Part shown: positions 10,561-21,751 of the stretch, one piece after another | How positions within the stretch are numbered: position 1 is the stretch's first letter | Layout of the letters: every line of letters begins with the position of its first letter | NCBI RefSeq assembly: GCF_006345805.1 | Contig: NW_021832707.1 | Coordinates: 1 to 29,731 of the forward strand | Direction: 5' to 3' | DNA: 29,731 bases | DNA from: Octopus sinensis | Lineage: Eukaryota | Made by a program: the position numbers and the translations under genes | Notes under the pieces: model-generated | What the model saw: only the letters and a program-made list of their open reading frames with translations | Told to the model about the DNA's origin: nothing | Database searches by the model: none

Positions 10561-10943
10561 TTTTCTACTCTTCTCCTCTTCTACTTGTTTCAGTCATTTT
10601 GACTGCGGCCATGCCGGAGCACCGCCTTTAGTCTAACAAATCAACCCCAGGACTTTGTAAGCCTGGTACTTATTCTATCGGACTCTTTTGCCGGACCGCT
10701 AAGTTACGGGGACGTAAACTCACCAACATCGGTTGTCAAGCGATTGGGGGGGGGTCAAACACAGACACGCATATACACACACATACGACGGGCTTCTTTC
10801 AGTTTCTGTCTACCAAATCCACTCACAAGGCTTTGTTCGGCCCGAGGCTACAGTAGAACACACTTGCCCAAGGTGCCTCCCAGTGGGACTGAAACTGGAG
10901 CCATATGGTTGGGAAGCAATATTCTTACCACGCACCACTCCTG
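10561..10943 (-). mobile_element. SINE family A, near full length, moderately diverged
   Basis: Reverse complement of 6223-6640, running from 'cttgtttcagtcattttgactgcggccatg' to 'cttaccacgcaccactcctg'. Confidence 0.92.
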
Positions 10944-11879
10944 ATATTTTTTTGTATATACCTAGAACTTCATACAGGGATTCAGAGAAATGTATTTGCA
11001 TCATGTAGAAGCCTAAACACCGAGACCGGAACAGCAATGGTAACCTCTACTATAAGCTAACTCGTATTTCTCTCTCTCTCTCTCTCTCTCTCTCGCTCCC
11101 TCTCTCTCTCACTCGCTCTCTCTCACTCTTTCTCACTCCCTCTCATTCAACCATAAAATTACTATCATCAAATTGTTTGCTAAAAATGAAACCTAACACA
11201 ATAGAAAATGTCTGGTCATCCCAAATGCGAAATCTGTATTAATCGTCTGACCGGCAGCACAGAGTATGAGTTAAAGTTAAGAAAAAATTTACAGTAAAAG
11301 AAACCGCTTCGCCTGTTAAGAAATTTCATTTATGCTACTAACTCTAAAAGATGTAATGAACACTAGATAGAACTAACGTTGCGAAATGGAATGACTGCTC
11401 ATCGTCAACAAATTCGAGAGGCCGTTATTCGAAAATTAACCGTTAATGAGCATTTGTGTAACAAACAGTTTCCCGAATTTATACGTATAAATTGATAAAG
11501 CCACGACTCAATAAATTATGGCAATATATAAAAAAGTGTATATTTGTTTCAGTCAACGGCTTTTAGCCAACAAATATACAAAAATTAGACGTGTAAAGGA
11601 ACTATTCAAAACTGTACATTATCCAGTGACAATTGTACGGCGCCAATATTACTACAAGTATCTACTTTTGTTTTTGTTATTATTAACGAAGCTGTACAAA
11701 GTAAGTTACAACAATATTTATTTTTGAAAATCATGCAAATGTAAAACCGGTACGAAGCTGCTGTAATTAGAACTTCTAAAAAAAACTTTGCGTGTATTTT
11801 CAATACACTCAAACACATACGTTTGTGTTTATGGGAAGGAGTATGTATGATGTGTTCGTAATTCGTAGTATCTTTCTTA

Positions 11880-12135
11880 CTGTTGTTGATTTTGTTAAGT
11901 TTCCGCTCAGTCTTGACTTAGCAGCAGGCCAATGATCAAACACGTTCCAGGCTTTAGTATTCCGCTTTCTTTTTATTTATTTATTAATTTCTTTAAGGAC
12001 ATAGGATATCTAGGACTGCATCACTATATTATCTAATGTATCCTTTTTTTTAAGATAGCAGGGTAGGATTCGAAATAAACAAGCAAAAAAAAAAAAAATT
12101 CGATCGCTATTTGTACCAGGTCAAACAATTGCATT
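11880..12135 (-). mobile_element. Old dispersed repeat, family E, diverged
   Basis: 'gttgttg...cagtcttgacttagcagcaggccaatgatcaaacacgttccaggc' is the reverse complement of the family E tail seen at 14010-14060 and 15025-15090. Confidence 0.5.
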
Positions 12136-12267
12136 GCTTAATAACTTACCGTAGAGATCTATGGGGAATATGGCATAGAGAATATTTTTACTATAGCGTC
12201 TATCGGAAGGAAATATACCATTAAGTAGAGCTTGCTACTGACGCTGTTGTATAAAATATATTATCGA

Positions 12268-12362
12268 TACATATACGCATATGCATATATATATACATAT
12301 ATATGTCTGTGTGTATAACGATATATATGTACGCATATATATGTATGTATGTAAATGTATAT

Positions 12363-12411
<49 letters not shown>
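12268..12411. repeat. (TA)n-rich microsatellite
   Basis: Directly visible. Confidence 0.9.
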
Positions 12412-12413
<2 letters not shown>

Positions 12414-12489
12414 GATATCAAGTATAGCTTTCTATTGGCTCCCGAAGGGATATAATAAAGCGTATAGCTTCATCTTTCATCTCGCCTGC

Positions 12490-13850
12490 TATTTCCTACC
12501 TCCGCCCCGAGCCCCTACTTTGCCTTTAACTTTGCCTTAATGTTCTTCTCCTAAACCCCTATTTTTATCTCCAAGCTCCCTTACTTCCTCTCCACTTCCA
12601 TCTCGCTCACCGCTACCACCACCACCACCACCACCACCACCACCACCGTCACCACCTCCGTCTATAATCCCTTTGTATTCGTTCAGCATCACTAATTCTG
12701 CAATTCCATCACTTCATACCCAACTCCGACGTTACTCCTTTTGCACCTCCCTTCCTTCCTCACCTCATTCCCTCCCCCCATCTCTCCTCTCCGCACTTTT
12801 CTATCTCGTCTGCTTTCAACCATTTTTATTAAACTGCTCCCCCGCTCTCTTCCTCCTTTCAATTTCTACTCCTTACCCCCTCTCTATATGGCTCTCTCCT
12901 TATCTTTTTTCACACCCTCTGCAATACCTTACCCCCTTCCCTCTTTCTCACTCTCTCTCTCTTTCCCTCTTTCTTTCTTTCTTTCTTTCTTTCTGACACA
13001 TCACTCATTGTCGTTCTATCTCTCCAACCTACTGCCTTACATAAGCCTCTATATCTCTCCCTGTACATCTGTTACGTTACTAGCTTTCACTTTTTCACTC
13101 TCTCATAATCTCTATCTCACATAACTTTCTCTCATTGTGTGTGTATCTCTCTCTCTCTCCCTCACCCTGTCTTCCTACCTGTCTCTCTATCTCTATCTAT
13201 CTATCTACCCATCTCTGTTGTCTTAGTTTCTTTTTCTTCTCTTTCATATATTTATCGTCTCGTCTTGCCAACTGTCTCTCCCTATCTATCAATCTATCTA
13301 TCTTTATATATATATATATATATTATATATCTTTCTGTCTCTCGCTTGGTATCTCTCTCTCTCCATTTCCCTCTCTTACACACACTCTATCTCTCTATTT
13401 CTCTCTCTCTCACTCACTCATACACACACATACGCGCACACGCATACACACACATACTCTTCTACTCCCTATATCTTTATATGTTTAAGCCTCACAAATC
13501 TCACTCCTCCCCTTCGTCTTTCTCTCCCAATCTTTCTTACTCTTCTATCTCTATCTCCCCCTCTCTCTCTTTCTCTTTCTGTCGCTCTCCTACTATTCCT
13601 CTTGTTCACTCTTTCTTTATATCGTCTGATAACTACTCTCCCTTCTTTTCTTTTACTTTCCGCTCTCCCCTTCTTCAAATGTCGTCTGTATCGCTCCCTC
13701 CCACTTTTCCCCTTTCACAAACATAATTTTTCTATCTTTCTCTCTCACTCTCTCCCAGTTTCGTTCAAATTCCATCCTTATCCCCCTCTCTATCCATCTA
13801 TCTATCTATCTATCCATCTACCTAGCTATGCATCTACCAATCTATCTTCA
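12490..13850. repeat. ~1.3-kb pyrimidine-rich (CT) low-complexity tract with embedded (CAC)n, (CTTT)n and (TATC)n
   Basis: Strong C/T bias on the + strand throughout. Confidence 0.88.
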
Positions 13851-13869
13851 CCCACCAGCAAAGAATCAA

Positions 13870-14095
13870 CGCAGGGAACCTCTACGTGTTTCCACGTTCT
13901 ATTAAATATAGCAGCCAAATCTCTCTCAATTAACAAGCTACCTTTTCCTAACACTGGCCAAGACACATTATCCAAGGTATTCCAACAAGCCACTATGTAC
14001 ATGGAATGATTGCAGCTGGAATGCTTTTGATCATGGGCCTATCTGCTCGGCCAGGGTTGGATGGCGTGAGGGTGGGGGGCAGGCAACAGTAACAC
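13870..14095 (+). mobile_element. Old dispersed repeat, family E
   Basis: 'gggaacctctacgtg...tagcagccaaatctctctc...gctggaatgcttttgatcatgggcctatctgctcggccagggttg'. These motifs are shared with other family E copies. Confidence 0.55.
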
Positions 14096-14162
14096 CACAG
14101 GCATAATATGCGCAGATGCTGCCTCTCTCTAACTTTCTCTCAATTTTCTATGCACACACACT

Positions 14163-14311
14163 GCTCTCTCTCTCTCTCTCCCTCTCTCTCCTCTCTCTCT
14201 CTCTCTCACTCTCTCTCTCTTCCTCTTTCTCTTTCCCTATACCCTATAACCTTTCTCACATTCTCACGTGTGTGTATATGTATATATATATATATATTTA
14301 ATATATATATA

Positions 14312-14344
<33 letters not shown>

Positions 14345-14423
14345 CTTATATATCTATATATATAACATATATATATATATATATACATACATACATATAC
14401 ATATGTGTGTATGTGCGTATGCG

Positions 14424-14482
<59 letters not shown>

Positions 14483-14483
14483 G

Positions 14484-14520
<37 letters not shown>

Positions 14521-14551
14521 GATAGATAGATAGAAAGACAGACAGTGATAG

Positions 14552-14594
<43 letters not shown>

Positions 14595-14620
14595 TAGAGA
14601 TAGAGAGAGAGGAGAGATAG
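14163..14620. repeat. (CT)n, (TA)n and (GATA)n microsatellites
   Basis: Directly visible. Confidence 0.95.
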
Positions 14621-14937
14621 GTTACCTCCTACTATAACCCTCATGTCTCAAATATTCTTTTCCTCCAATCTCCTAATTTCCCTCCAACTTCCACTGTCTC
14701 CCTCTACTCTTTCTCTCTCCCTCTCTCTCGTTATCTTTCTTACTCCCATATTATCCTCTCCTCCCTCTATTCTCTGATTACAACCAACATCATACGCCAT
14801 CTTTAATGCGACGTCGTTTTTAGGTTATTTTTTTTAGCTTTGATATTTTCGACAGGACCAAAGCCGTCTGCCTTGCATTCTACAGACAACCATTGCACGT
14901 TTGAAGAATTTAATATCCTCTTCCATCGTAAACAACA

Positions 14938-15305
14938 CAAGGAACCACTACGGAGTCTGTCAATCTGCAAGAAATAGCAACCATATTGTCGAAAATAATT
15001 GGATAACAGCGGATAACAGAACAGTCATAGCTAGAACACCTTTGATCAGAGTCCTGCTCATTCAGGGCTGACCCTGAGCTAAACAACAACTAACCAACCA
15101 CTGTGGGAGCTGATTATTTTCGTGCTTGAAATGCTAGAAATAACTACCAATTCTCCTCCAAATTACAAATTACTATCTATAGAAAGGAAAGTACACTTGA
15201 TAATTTAGGCGTATATAAGAAACAATAGGACAGCAATGCTTGGATGCCATTGGTAGTAGGTCTACTTGATCCAGACGGCCTGACCTGGGGCTAAATAACA
15301 AGAAC
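14938..15305 (+). mobile_element. Two tandem diverged copies of repeat family E (~14938-15090 and ~15100-15305)
   Basis: Both contain 'agaaata(g/a)c(a/t)acca'. They end in 'gctgaccctgagctaaacaacaac' and 'cctgacctggggctaaataacaag' respectively. Confidence 0.6.
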
Positions 15306-15349
15306 GCTAACAACCGTGTAAACGTTAAACATTTCCCTAATGGCATCAA

Positions 15350-15762
15350 TTTTCTTTTCTTTTACACTTTTCAGTCATTTGACTGCGGCGATGCTGGAGC
15401 ACCGCCTTTAGTTGAGCAAATCGACCCCCAGGACTTATTCTTTGTAAGCCTAGTACTTATTCTATCGGGTGGTTCTTTTGCCGAACCACCAAGTTTCGGG
15501 GGCGTAAACACACCAGCATCGGTTGTCAAACGATAGTAGGGGGACGAACGCTAACACAAAGACACACACACATATATATTTATACATATTTATATACACG
15601 ACGGGCTTCTTTTCATTTTCCGTCTACCAAATCCCCTCACAAGGCTTCGGTCGGCTCGAAGCCATAGCAGAAGATACTTGCCCAAGGTGCCACTCAGTAG
15701 GACTGAACTCGGAACCATGTGGCTGGGAAGCATGCTTCTTACCACACAGCCACTCCTGTGCC
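15350..15762 (-). mobile_element. SINE family A, full length
   Basis: Reverse complement of 6219-6640, ending at 'accacacagccactcctgtgcc'. Confidence 0.93.
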
Positions 15763-15777
15763 TATATGTATATGTCT

Positions 15778-16112
15778 TCTTTATTAGATTCAGCTAGAGG
15801 CTGAGGCCATGCTGGAGTACCGTCTTCTCTTTTCTGTACAGTTTCTGGTGAAGCAGCCCGTTGGACGAAACTGCTCTTCTCGTTGTGCCTCTGCTGCGAT
15901 GTGCATTCATCTGGAACCTCAGACAAGAATTTGTCCAGACGTTCTTTGAACACCTCCACGTCTACAACTCGAAAACCTCTGGAGCTGTTCGGCCGAATGT
16001 TGAATAGTTGTGGACCCTTGAAGCAGAAACTGCTACACTACTGCGTCCTTATTTTAGATGGAGAAGGCGAGATCCTTGCTACTGTTCAGTGTAGTCGAGT
16101 TTGGTGGTTGGT
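15778..16112 (-). mobile_element. 3' fragment of a CR1-group LINE (ORF2 C-terminus plus short 3' UTR), degraded
   Basis: Minus-strand translation ..SKIRTQ*CSSFCFKGPQLFNIRPNSSR..VDVEVFKERLDKFLSEVPDE, then after a frameshift RAVSSNGLLHQ. The xxLFN.LP...FK..LD.FL pattern is typical of CR1/L2-group ORF2 ends. Confidence 0.8.
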
Positions 16113-16213
16113 TTAGCTGAGACGTATGTAAAGTTAAACGCTTTACGAACGCGAAACCCTGGATAACTCTATAAACCCGCCCAATTATTTTTATCTAAAT
16201 GTATATATATATA

Positions 16214-16400
16214 TCACGTGACCACATGACCGACCAGACCATCACAATGCCTTCGAGCAGGCCAACAGAAGAAAGAGTGAGAGAAAGTTGTGGTGAAAGA
16301 GTACAGCAGGGAGTACAGCCTCAATAAACACTCACGATCGAAACCGCGATCTTATGACCGCGAGTCCGCTGCCCTAACCACTGGGTCATTGCGCATCCAC
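16214..16400 (-). mobile_element. SINE with the family B head but a different tail, internally deleted, inside (TA)n
   Basis: 16266-16400 matches 7993-8180 ('gaaagag.gagagaaagttgtggtgaaagagtaca', 'atcgaaaccgcgatct...gagtccgctgccctaaccactg'). 16214-16260 does not match the family B tail. Confidence 0.8.
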
Positions 16401-16454
<54 letters not shown>

Positions 16455-16604
16455 CCTTCACCCTCCAATAACTAGAAATACCCGGATATACAGCACTACT
16501 CAACACCATAGCTCTACATCATAGCGCCTAAACAACGTGGACATAATTCCTTTCACGACACTCAGAAATATCCAGATGCAATACCCCTTAAGTCTTATTA
16601 TTGT

Positions 16605-16812
16605 ACACTATTTACATTGTTTGTTGTCACCACAACATTTCAACTGATGTAATTTCCAACCTTCATCAGGTGTTTTGGTGGAATTTAGAACCCAAACCTT
16701 TATTTGACTAATGGAGTACCTTTTGCATATGTTATTATTATTATTAGATTGAACCCGGATCTTTGGGGTTAGTATCCCGCGCTCTTAACCACTACGCTAT
16801 ATGGCCGTGGAC
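16605..16812 (-). mobile_element. SINE family H copy 3, diverged, hammerhead motif degenerate
   Basis: 'ggggttagtatcccgcgctcttaaccactacgctatatggccgtgg' matches 7146-7191. The minus strand at 16630-16676 reads aacac CTGATGA a ggttg..cagtt GAAA tg TT gtg. Confidence 0.75.
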
Positions 16813-16921
16813 AATTGACGAGTGAATTTTAGAGCTTATAAACCTATTATTTTTGTATCTTTCCTTAATAAAAAAAATATATATATGAAACAATATTGTC
16901 TTATTGCTGTATACTAGAGAA

Positions 16922-17124
16922 AGGTTGAGTCGTTAACACGCCGAACAAAATGCTTAGCAGTATTTAGTCCGTCTTTACTTTCTGAGTTCGAGCTCCACCG
17001 CGATCGACATTACCTTTTGTCCCTTCGGGGTCGGTAAAATAAGTGTCAGTTAAGTATTGGGGTTTGATGTAATCGATTTAACTCCTCCCCAGAAATTGAT
17101 GATCCTCTACCAAAATTTGAAACC
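16922..17124 (+). mobile_element. SINE family D, diverged
   Basis: Head 'cgttaacacgccgaacaaaatgcttagcagtattt...tctgagttcgagctccaccg' with a B-box-like GAGTTCGA. It matches the inverted copy at 17141-17224. The body is 'ccttttgtcccttcggggtcggtaaaataagt'. Confidence 0.72.
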
Positions 17125-17140
17125 ATTCTCATTATTACCA

Positions 17141-17224
17141 CGGCGGAATTTGAACTCAGAACGTAAAGACAGACGAAATACCGCTAAGCATTTCGCCCGG
17201 CGTGCTAAAGTTTCTGCCAGCTCA
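17141..17224 (-). mobile_element. SINE family D head fragment, inverted
   Basis: Minus strand reads 'gagctggcagaaactttagcacgccgggcgaaatgcttagcggtatttcgtctgtctttacgttctgagttcaaattccgccg'. Confidence 0.78.
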
Positions 17225-17267
17225 CAGCCTTTCTCTGGTGTATAATACACTGGAGAACAAACCAGCG

Positions 17268-17800
17268 TGGTGGCCTCTGCGCAGTCATTTGATATGCTAG
17301 AAACAGCAGCTAAATTTACCTCGGATCATAGAGGGAAAATATAGTTTAGCTATCGTCCCAGTATTGTATGTTTCCTTGTTCAACCTCTCTCCAAGCAAGG
17401 CCCAGATGCCACTTGTAGTAAAAGGCTACGGGAAAGGGAGTGGAATTAATACCACAAGCCCTGTAAATGCATGCATGTTTATGATAGCAAATATAAAGGG
17501 ATGAATAAGATGTCTGATAAAAAGATTTAAATGAAATCAGTGAGATGATAATAAAAAAAAAAACAGATCAAAGAACTGACAGCTATAAAATACGGCCGAG
17601 GTGGCAATAAAGGAACGAATAAAATAAAATATATAAAAGCGACTGGATGGTCACGGCTGGCGCGGTTTTATTGTAAGCCTACTTTGATCATTGGCCTTTG
17701 ATCGTTGCTTGAATTAAACAATAACAACTAAAGCAGCAAGGGTCTTTTATGTGGTTTCTAGACATGCTAGAAACAACAGTTAAATTTCTCCTTTCAGATC
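17268..17800 (+). mobile_element. Fragments of repeat family E (~17268-17325, ~17640-17730, ~17738-17800)
   Basis: 'atgctagaaacagcagctaaattt', 'ggatggtcacggctgg...ttgatca...aaacaataacaac' and 'atgctagaaacaacagttaaatttctcc'. The same motifs occur at ~2285-2410. Confidence 0.45.
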
Positions 17801-17832
17801 GAACAAACCATTACATTTTACTTTGTAATTTG

Positions 17833-18052
17833 TCACTTGTTCCAGTTATCGGGCGGCGACCATGCTGGGGCACCACCTTGAAGGGTTTTGTCGAATAAAA
17901 CGATGCTGCTATTTAATTTTTAAGGCTGGTACTTATTACGCACCCCCATCGGTCTCGTTCATCGAACCGCTACGTTACGGGGGACGAAAGCAAACCAACA
18001 GCGGCTGTCAAGTGGTGGTGAGGATTCAAACACAGCACAAGCACAAAGACAC
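17833..18052 (-). mobile_element. 3' half of an older family A-related SINE
   Basis: 'ccatgctggggcaccacctt', 'ctggtacttatt' and 'gaaccgctacgttacggggg' correspond to the family A tail. Confidence 0.72.
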
Positions 18053-18055
18053 ATA

Positions 18056-18215
18056 TGCTCCTAGTGGTTAGGTCGTTGCACTCACCATCGCGCGATCGCA
18101 GTTTCGATTCCAGACTAAGCTGAGCGTTTTACTCTTGGGCAAAACACCACATTTCAAGTTACTCTGCGAGCATTTCGACGTCTGACGTATGGCACACTTG
18201 TGCACCTGTACCTAG
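18056..18215 (+). mobile_element. Diverged tRNA-headed SINE fragment
   Basis: 'tagtggttagg...cagtttcgattccagac' (A/B boxes) followed by CORE-like 'cttgggcaaaacacc'. Confidence 0.55.
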
Positions 18216-18265
18216 ATAGACATTGCCAGTACAGAGCCGGAGATGTCGCAGTCTCAGCGCGTGTC

Positions 18266-18316
<51 letters not shown>

Positions 18317-18671
18317 CAGAGAGAGAGAGAGGGGGAGGAAATCGATACATCCATATATACATCCGTACGTACGTACGCACATACACACATACGTACTACG
18401 TACGTAAGGACATACATACATACATACATGTATAACGGCAGGAGATGTAGAGTTCAGTGGTTTTGACGACAGGAAAACGAAAGCCACCCGTCGCCATATT
18501 GGTTAATGCCCGCTTCGTTTCTGAGTAGACGTCGATAAACGCCATTTGTAGGAGAGACCCGGCGAGGAAATAATATTTTACCAGCTCCAAGAGTGCAACC
18601 CTCTTTCGTAAATATGTTTTTTTTTTCTATTTCTGTTATTATTTATACAAAAGATCGTTTCTACCACCATA

Positions 18672-18686
18672 GTTATTATCATCATC

Positions 18687-18741
<55 letters not shown>

Positions 18742-18879
18742 AAAGTAGAAGTAGTAGCAGTAGTATCATCACCATCATCATCGTTATCAACATCATCACT
18801 ATTATCAACATTATCTTCAACATTATCATCATCGTCGTTATCATAATGATCATCATGATTATAATTAATATTGTTGTTG

Positions 18880-18924
<45 letters not shown>

Positions 18925-19045
18925 TATTATTATTATTATCATCATTATTATTATTATTATTATTATTATAATCATCATTATTATTATTATTATTATTATC
19001 ATTATCATAATCATAATCATCATCGTCGACGTCATCATTATTATT
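18672..19045. repeat. Compound (TAG)n, (CAT)n and (TAT)n microsatellite
   Basis: Directly visible. Confidence 0.95.
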
Positions 19046-19491
19046 TTTGTTGTGACTTGTTTTTGTTTTATTTTAGGGATGTTATTTTATATATATTTTT
19101 TTTTTTGTTTGTTTGTATGATGCTTTTATTGAAATCAATAAGGGGAAATTAGATTAAATTTTTTTTTTTTAAGTCTCGAATTAAACGAAGACAACTTCAA
19201 CTGTGTCGTCATCAATGTCTCAAGTGTCACCACGTGACACCGTTCCCAACACTGATCTACGTTTGCCTGGTTAAGTGACAAGAGCCACAAACGGCCAGCC
19301 AACCAGCCAGCCAACCAGCCAGCCTGTCAGCCTGTCTGCTGTGATGGTGAGAGAGAAATATCGCATTGGCATTGTTGACCAATAGTTTTACTTAAAAACA
19401 GCAAAAATGTCTTTGGAATGCTTTTAAATCAGCCAGAGAGATACACTTATGCATCAATGTATATGTGTACATATATGCATGTAGCCTTATA

Positions 19492-19530
<39 letters not shown>

Positions 19531-19974
19531 ATAAATAAAATAAAACATATGCATATATATAAACATATATGTACGTACCTACCTCTACATGTACATATAC
19601 ACGCATATATGAGTACAGGACACCAAAAGGACGTCGAACACAATGAGAAACGAAAACATAGACACAAACCAAAGGAACTGGACATTTTTTTTAAAACAAC
19701 AAAAAATAGAGTACAGGACAATTAACACAAAGAAAAAAAACCCTTCTTCAGTCGCTATGGTTTCATCTACTCTACGTTTCGAAGGATAAAAGCGAGACGT
19801 ATCTTCGACAAGAAACTTTCCTTCCTGCGAAAAGCAAATCAATTAAAATTCTGAGATCTTTTCGCAGAGGGGTAAAAATGGTAACAAAAGCAGGACAGTA
19901 ACGACAGTACAAATTATAAACAGTAAAAGACAGGACAAGGAAAAACAAGATAAGAAGGGCTGTTAACGCGGAAT

Positions 19975-20190
19975 TTTTTATGAACGACGAGCGGAGCAAT
20001 TAGAATTGTCGTCCATTACCTTGAGAGGGCCAGGCCAGATAGACAGCAGCGGAAGTCTCGTCGCGGGTGAACGACGGGAGGGGGGAGAAGGAGCAAGAGA
20101 AAGGGAGAGAAGAAGGGGAATGGCTGCTAGGAAACCATGAAGAATGGAGAGGGGGAGAGAGAGAGTGAAGAATGAGAGAGAGGAAGAGAC
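19975..20190 (-). promoter_or_regulatory. Candidate promoter or non-coding first exon on the minus strand
   Basis: Locally GC/CpG-rich unique sequence with an ETS-type GCGGAAGT at 20049-20056 and a CT-rich leader on the minus strand. A splice-donor-like AAG|GTAATG lies at 20020/20019. Confidence 0.3.
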
Positions 20191-20569
20191 AAGTTAAGCT
20201 TGCTAACCAACCACATGGTTCCGGGTTCAGTCCCACTGCGTGGCATCTTGGGCAAGTGTCTTCTGCTATAGCCCCGGGCCGACCTATGCCTTGTGAGTGG
20301 ATTTGGTAGACGGAAACTGAAAGAAGCCTGTCGTATATATGTATATATATGTGTGTATATATGTTTGTGTCTGTGTTTGTCCCCCTAGCATTGCTTGACA
20401 ACCGATGCTGGTGTGTTTACGTCCCCGTCACTTAGCGGTTCAGCAAAAGAGACCGATAGAATAAGTACTGGCTTACAAAGAATAAGTCCCGGGGTCGATT
20501 TGCTCGACTAAAGGCGGTGCTCCAGTATGGCCGCAGTCAAATGACTGAAACAAGTAAAAGAGAAAGAGA
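20191..20569 (+). mobile_element. SINE family A lacking its first ~20 bp, young subfamily
   Basis: Almost identical to 6241-6625, with shared variants 'gctaaccaacc', 'ctgctatagccccggg', 'ccccctagcattgc' and 'gtcacttagcgg'. Confidence 0.93.
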
Positions 20570-20584
20570 TATATATACAGATAT

Positions 20585-21683
20585 GTTTCTTTATTAGCCA
20601 CACAGGGCTGCACACAGATAGAACAAATTACAAGGTAGAGCTTTTCTTTTGAAGGTTTAAAAAAAAAAAAAAAAAGAAAAAGAAGGGGAGTTTCGATCAA
20701 AAGGGATCGTAAAAGGAGAGAAAGAGGACAAAAGAAAGGGTGTTAAAAAAAAGAAAAAAAAAACAAAAAAAAAAAAAAAAGAGAGGAGGAAAAAAAAAAA
20801 AAATGATCAATAGGGATCGTTATCACAGAAATGTCAATATGAAGTGTAAAGGGGAGGACGGTGAGGTTTACCGGTGGAAAGAAAAGCATACGGAAAAGAC
20901 CACGGTAACCTCGGTCAATGAAGTCACATTTTATATTCTTTTTTTTTTTTTTTTTTGCAAATAAGCAACTCTCTGTTTTCGATTTCTGGTTCATAGGACT
21001 ATGCTCAGGTGGCTTCGTAATTCATACGTGCCATTCTTGCTACTTCACCCATCTTTTTAAAACATTCGCTAGACAAAACTTGCCTCTCTACTCTCACTTT
21101 CTTTTCAAGTGGACTTGAAGAAGTTGATGAGAGATTGACCAGAGAGGAAAGTGTTTGTCTCAATCCTTTCAGACGCGTCCACCAGATACATTCTTTCGCC
21201 ATAGCCACAAGGTGATGAAAATGCTCTTCCTTCCCGTTTGAAGGAAGGAGGCGTGACAATATTGACGATAGAATCAGCTGATAAACCGACTCGTCCAAAC
21301 GTGACAGCAGTTGTTCGACATAGCCACAGGTCGGAAATTGTTGGACACGAACGAGTGCGTGCAGACGGTTCGTCGCTCTGACCGCATCTCGGCAGGTCGC
21401 CCCGTGTTTCTCGAGCCGTGTCTGTAGAGCTTATCCCGAACGAGTAGCGCTTCTCGGTAGCACTGCCAGGCCAGGGATCTCTGGAAGTTGTCCAGGGCCC
21501 TGGCCCGAAAGTCGTCCCGAACAGGCGGGTCAGGTTACTCCTCGTCGACGTCCAGGTTCGCCCGAGATCGTCGTCGTACCTCCCCCACTAAAACCTATAG
21601 AATGCTTTGGTTGTGTTGAAGTCACTTAAGGTCGACCCAGGACGGCAGAGTTGCTTGAGAGCAACGCGACACTCGCGGTGCCA
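20585..21683 (-). mobile_element. 5'-truncated L1/Tx1-type LINE (ORF2 C-terminal zf-RVT region plus 3' UTR), copy 3
   Basis: Minus-strand translation across frameshifts gives WHRECRVALKQL..TTKAFYR and LDNFQRSLAWQCYREALLVRDKLYRHG. A reconstructed CCHC finger (C.RCGQSDET..HAL..CPTISDLW) and LVAMAKECIWWTR follow. The 3' UTR ends in AATAAAGAAA, and the 5' junction abuts (GATA)n. Confidence 0.82.
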
Positions 21684-21716
<33 letters not shown>

Positions 21717-21751
21717 AGATAGATAGATAATAGATAGATAGATAGATAGAT
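21684..21751. repeat. (GATA)n microsatellite
   Basis: Directly visible. Confidence 0.95.
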
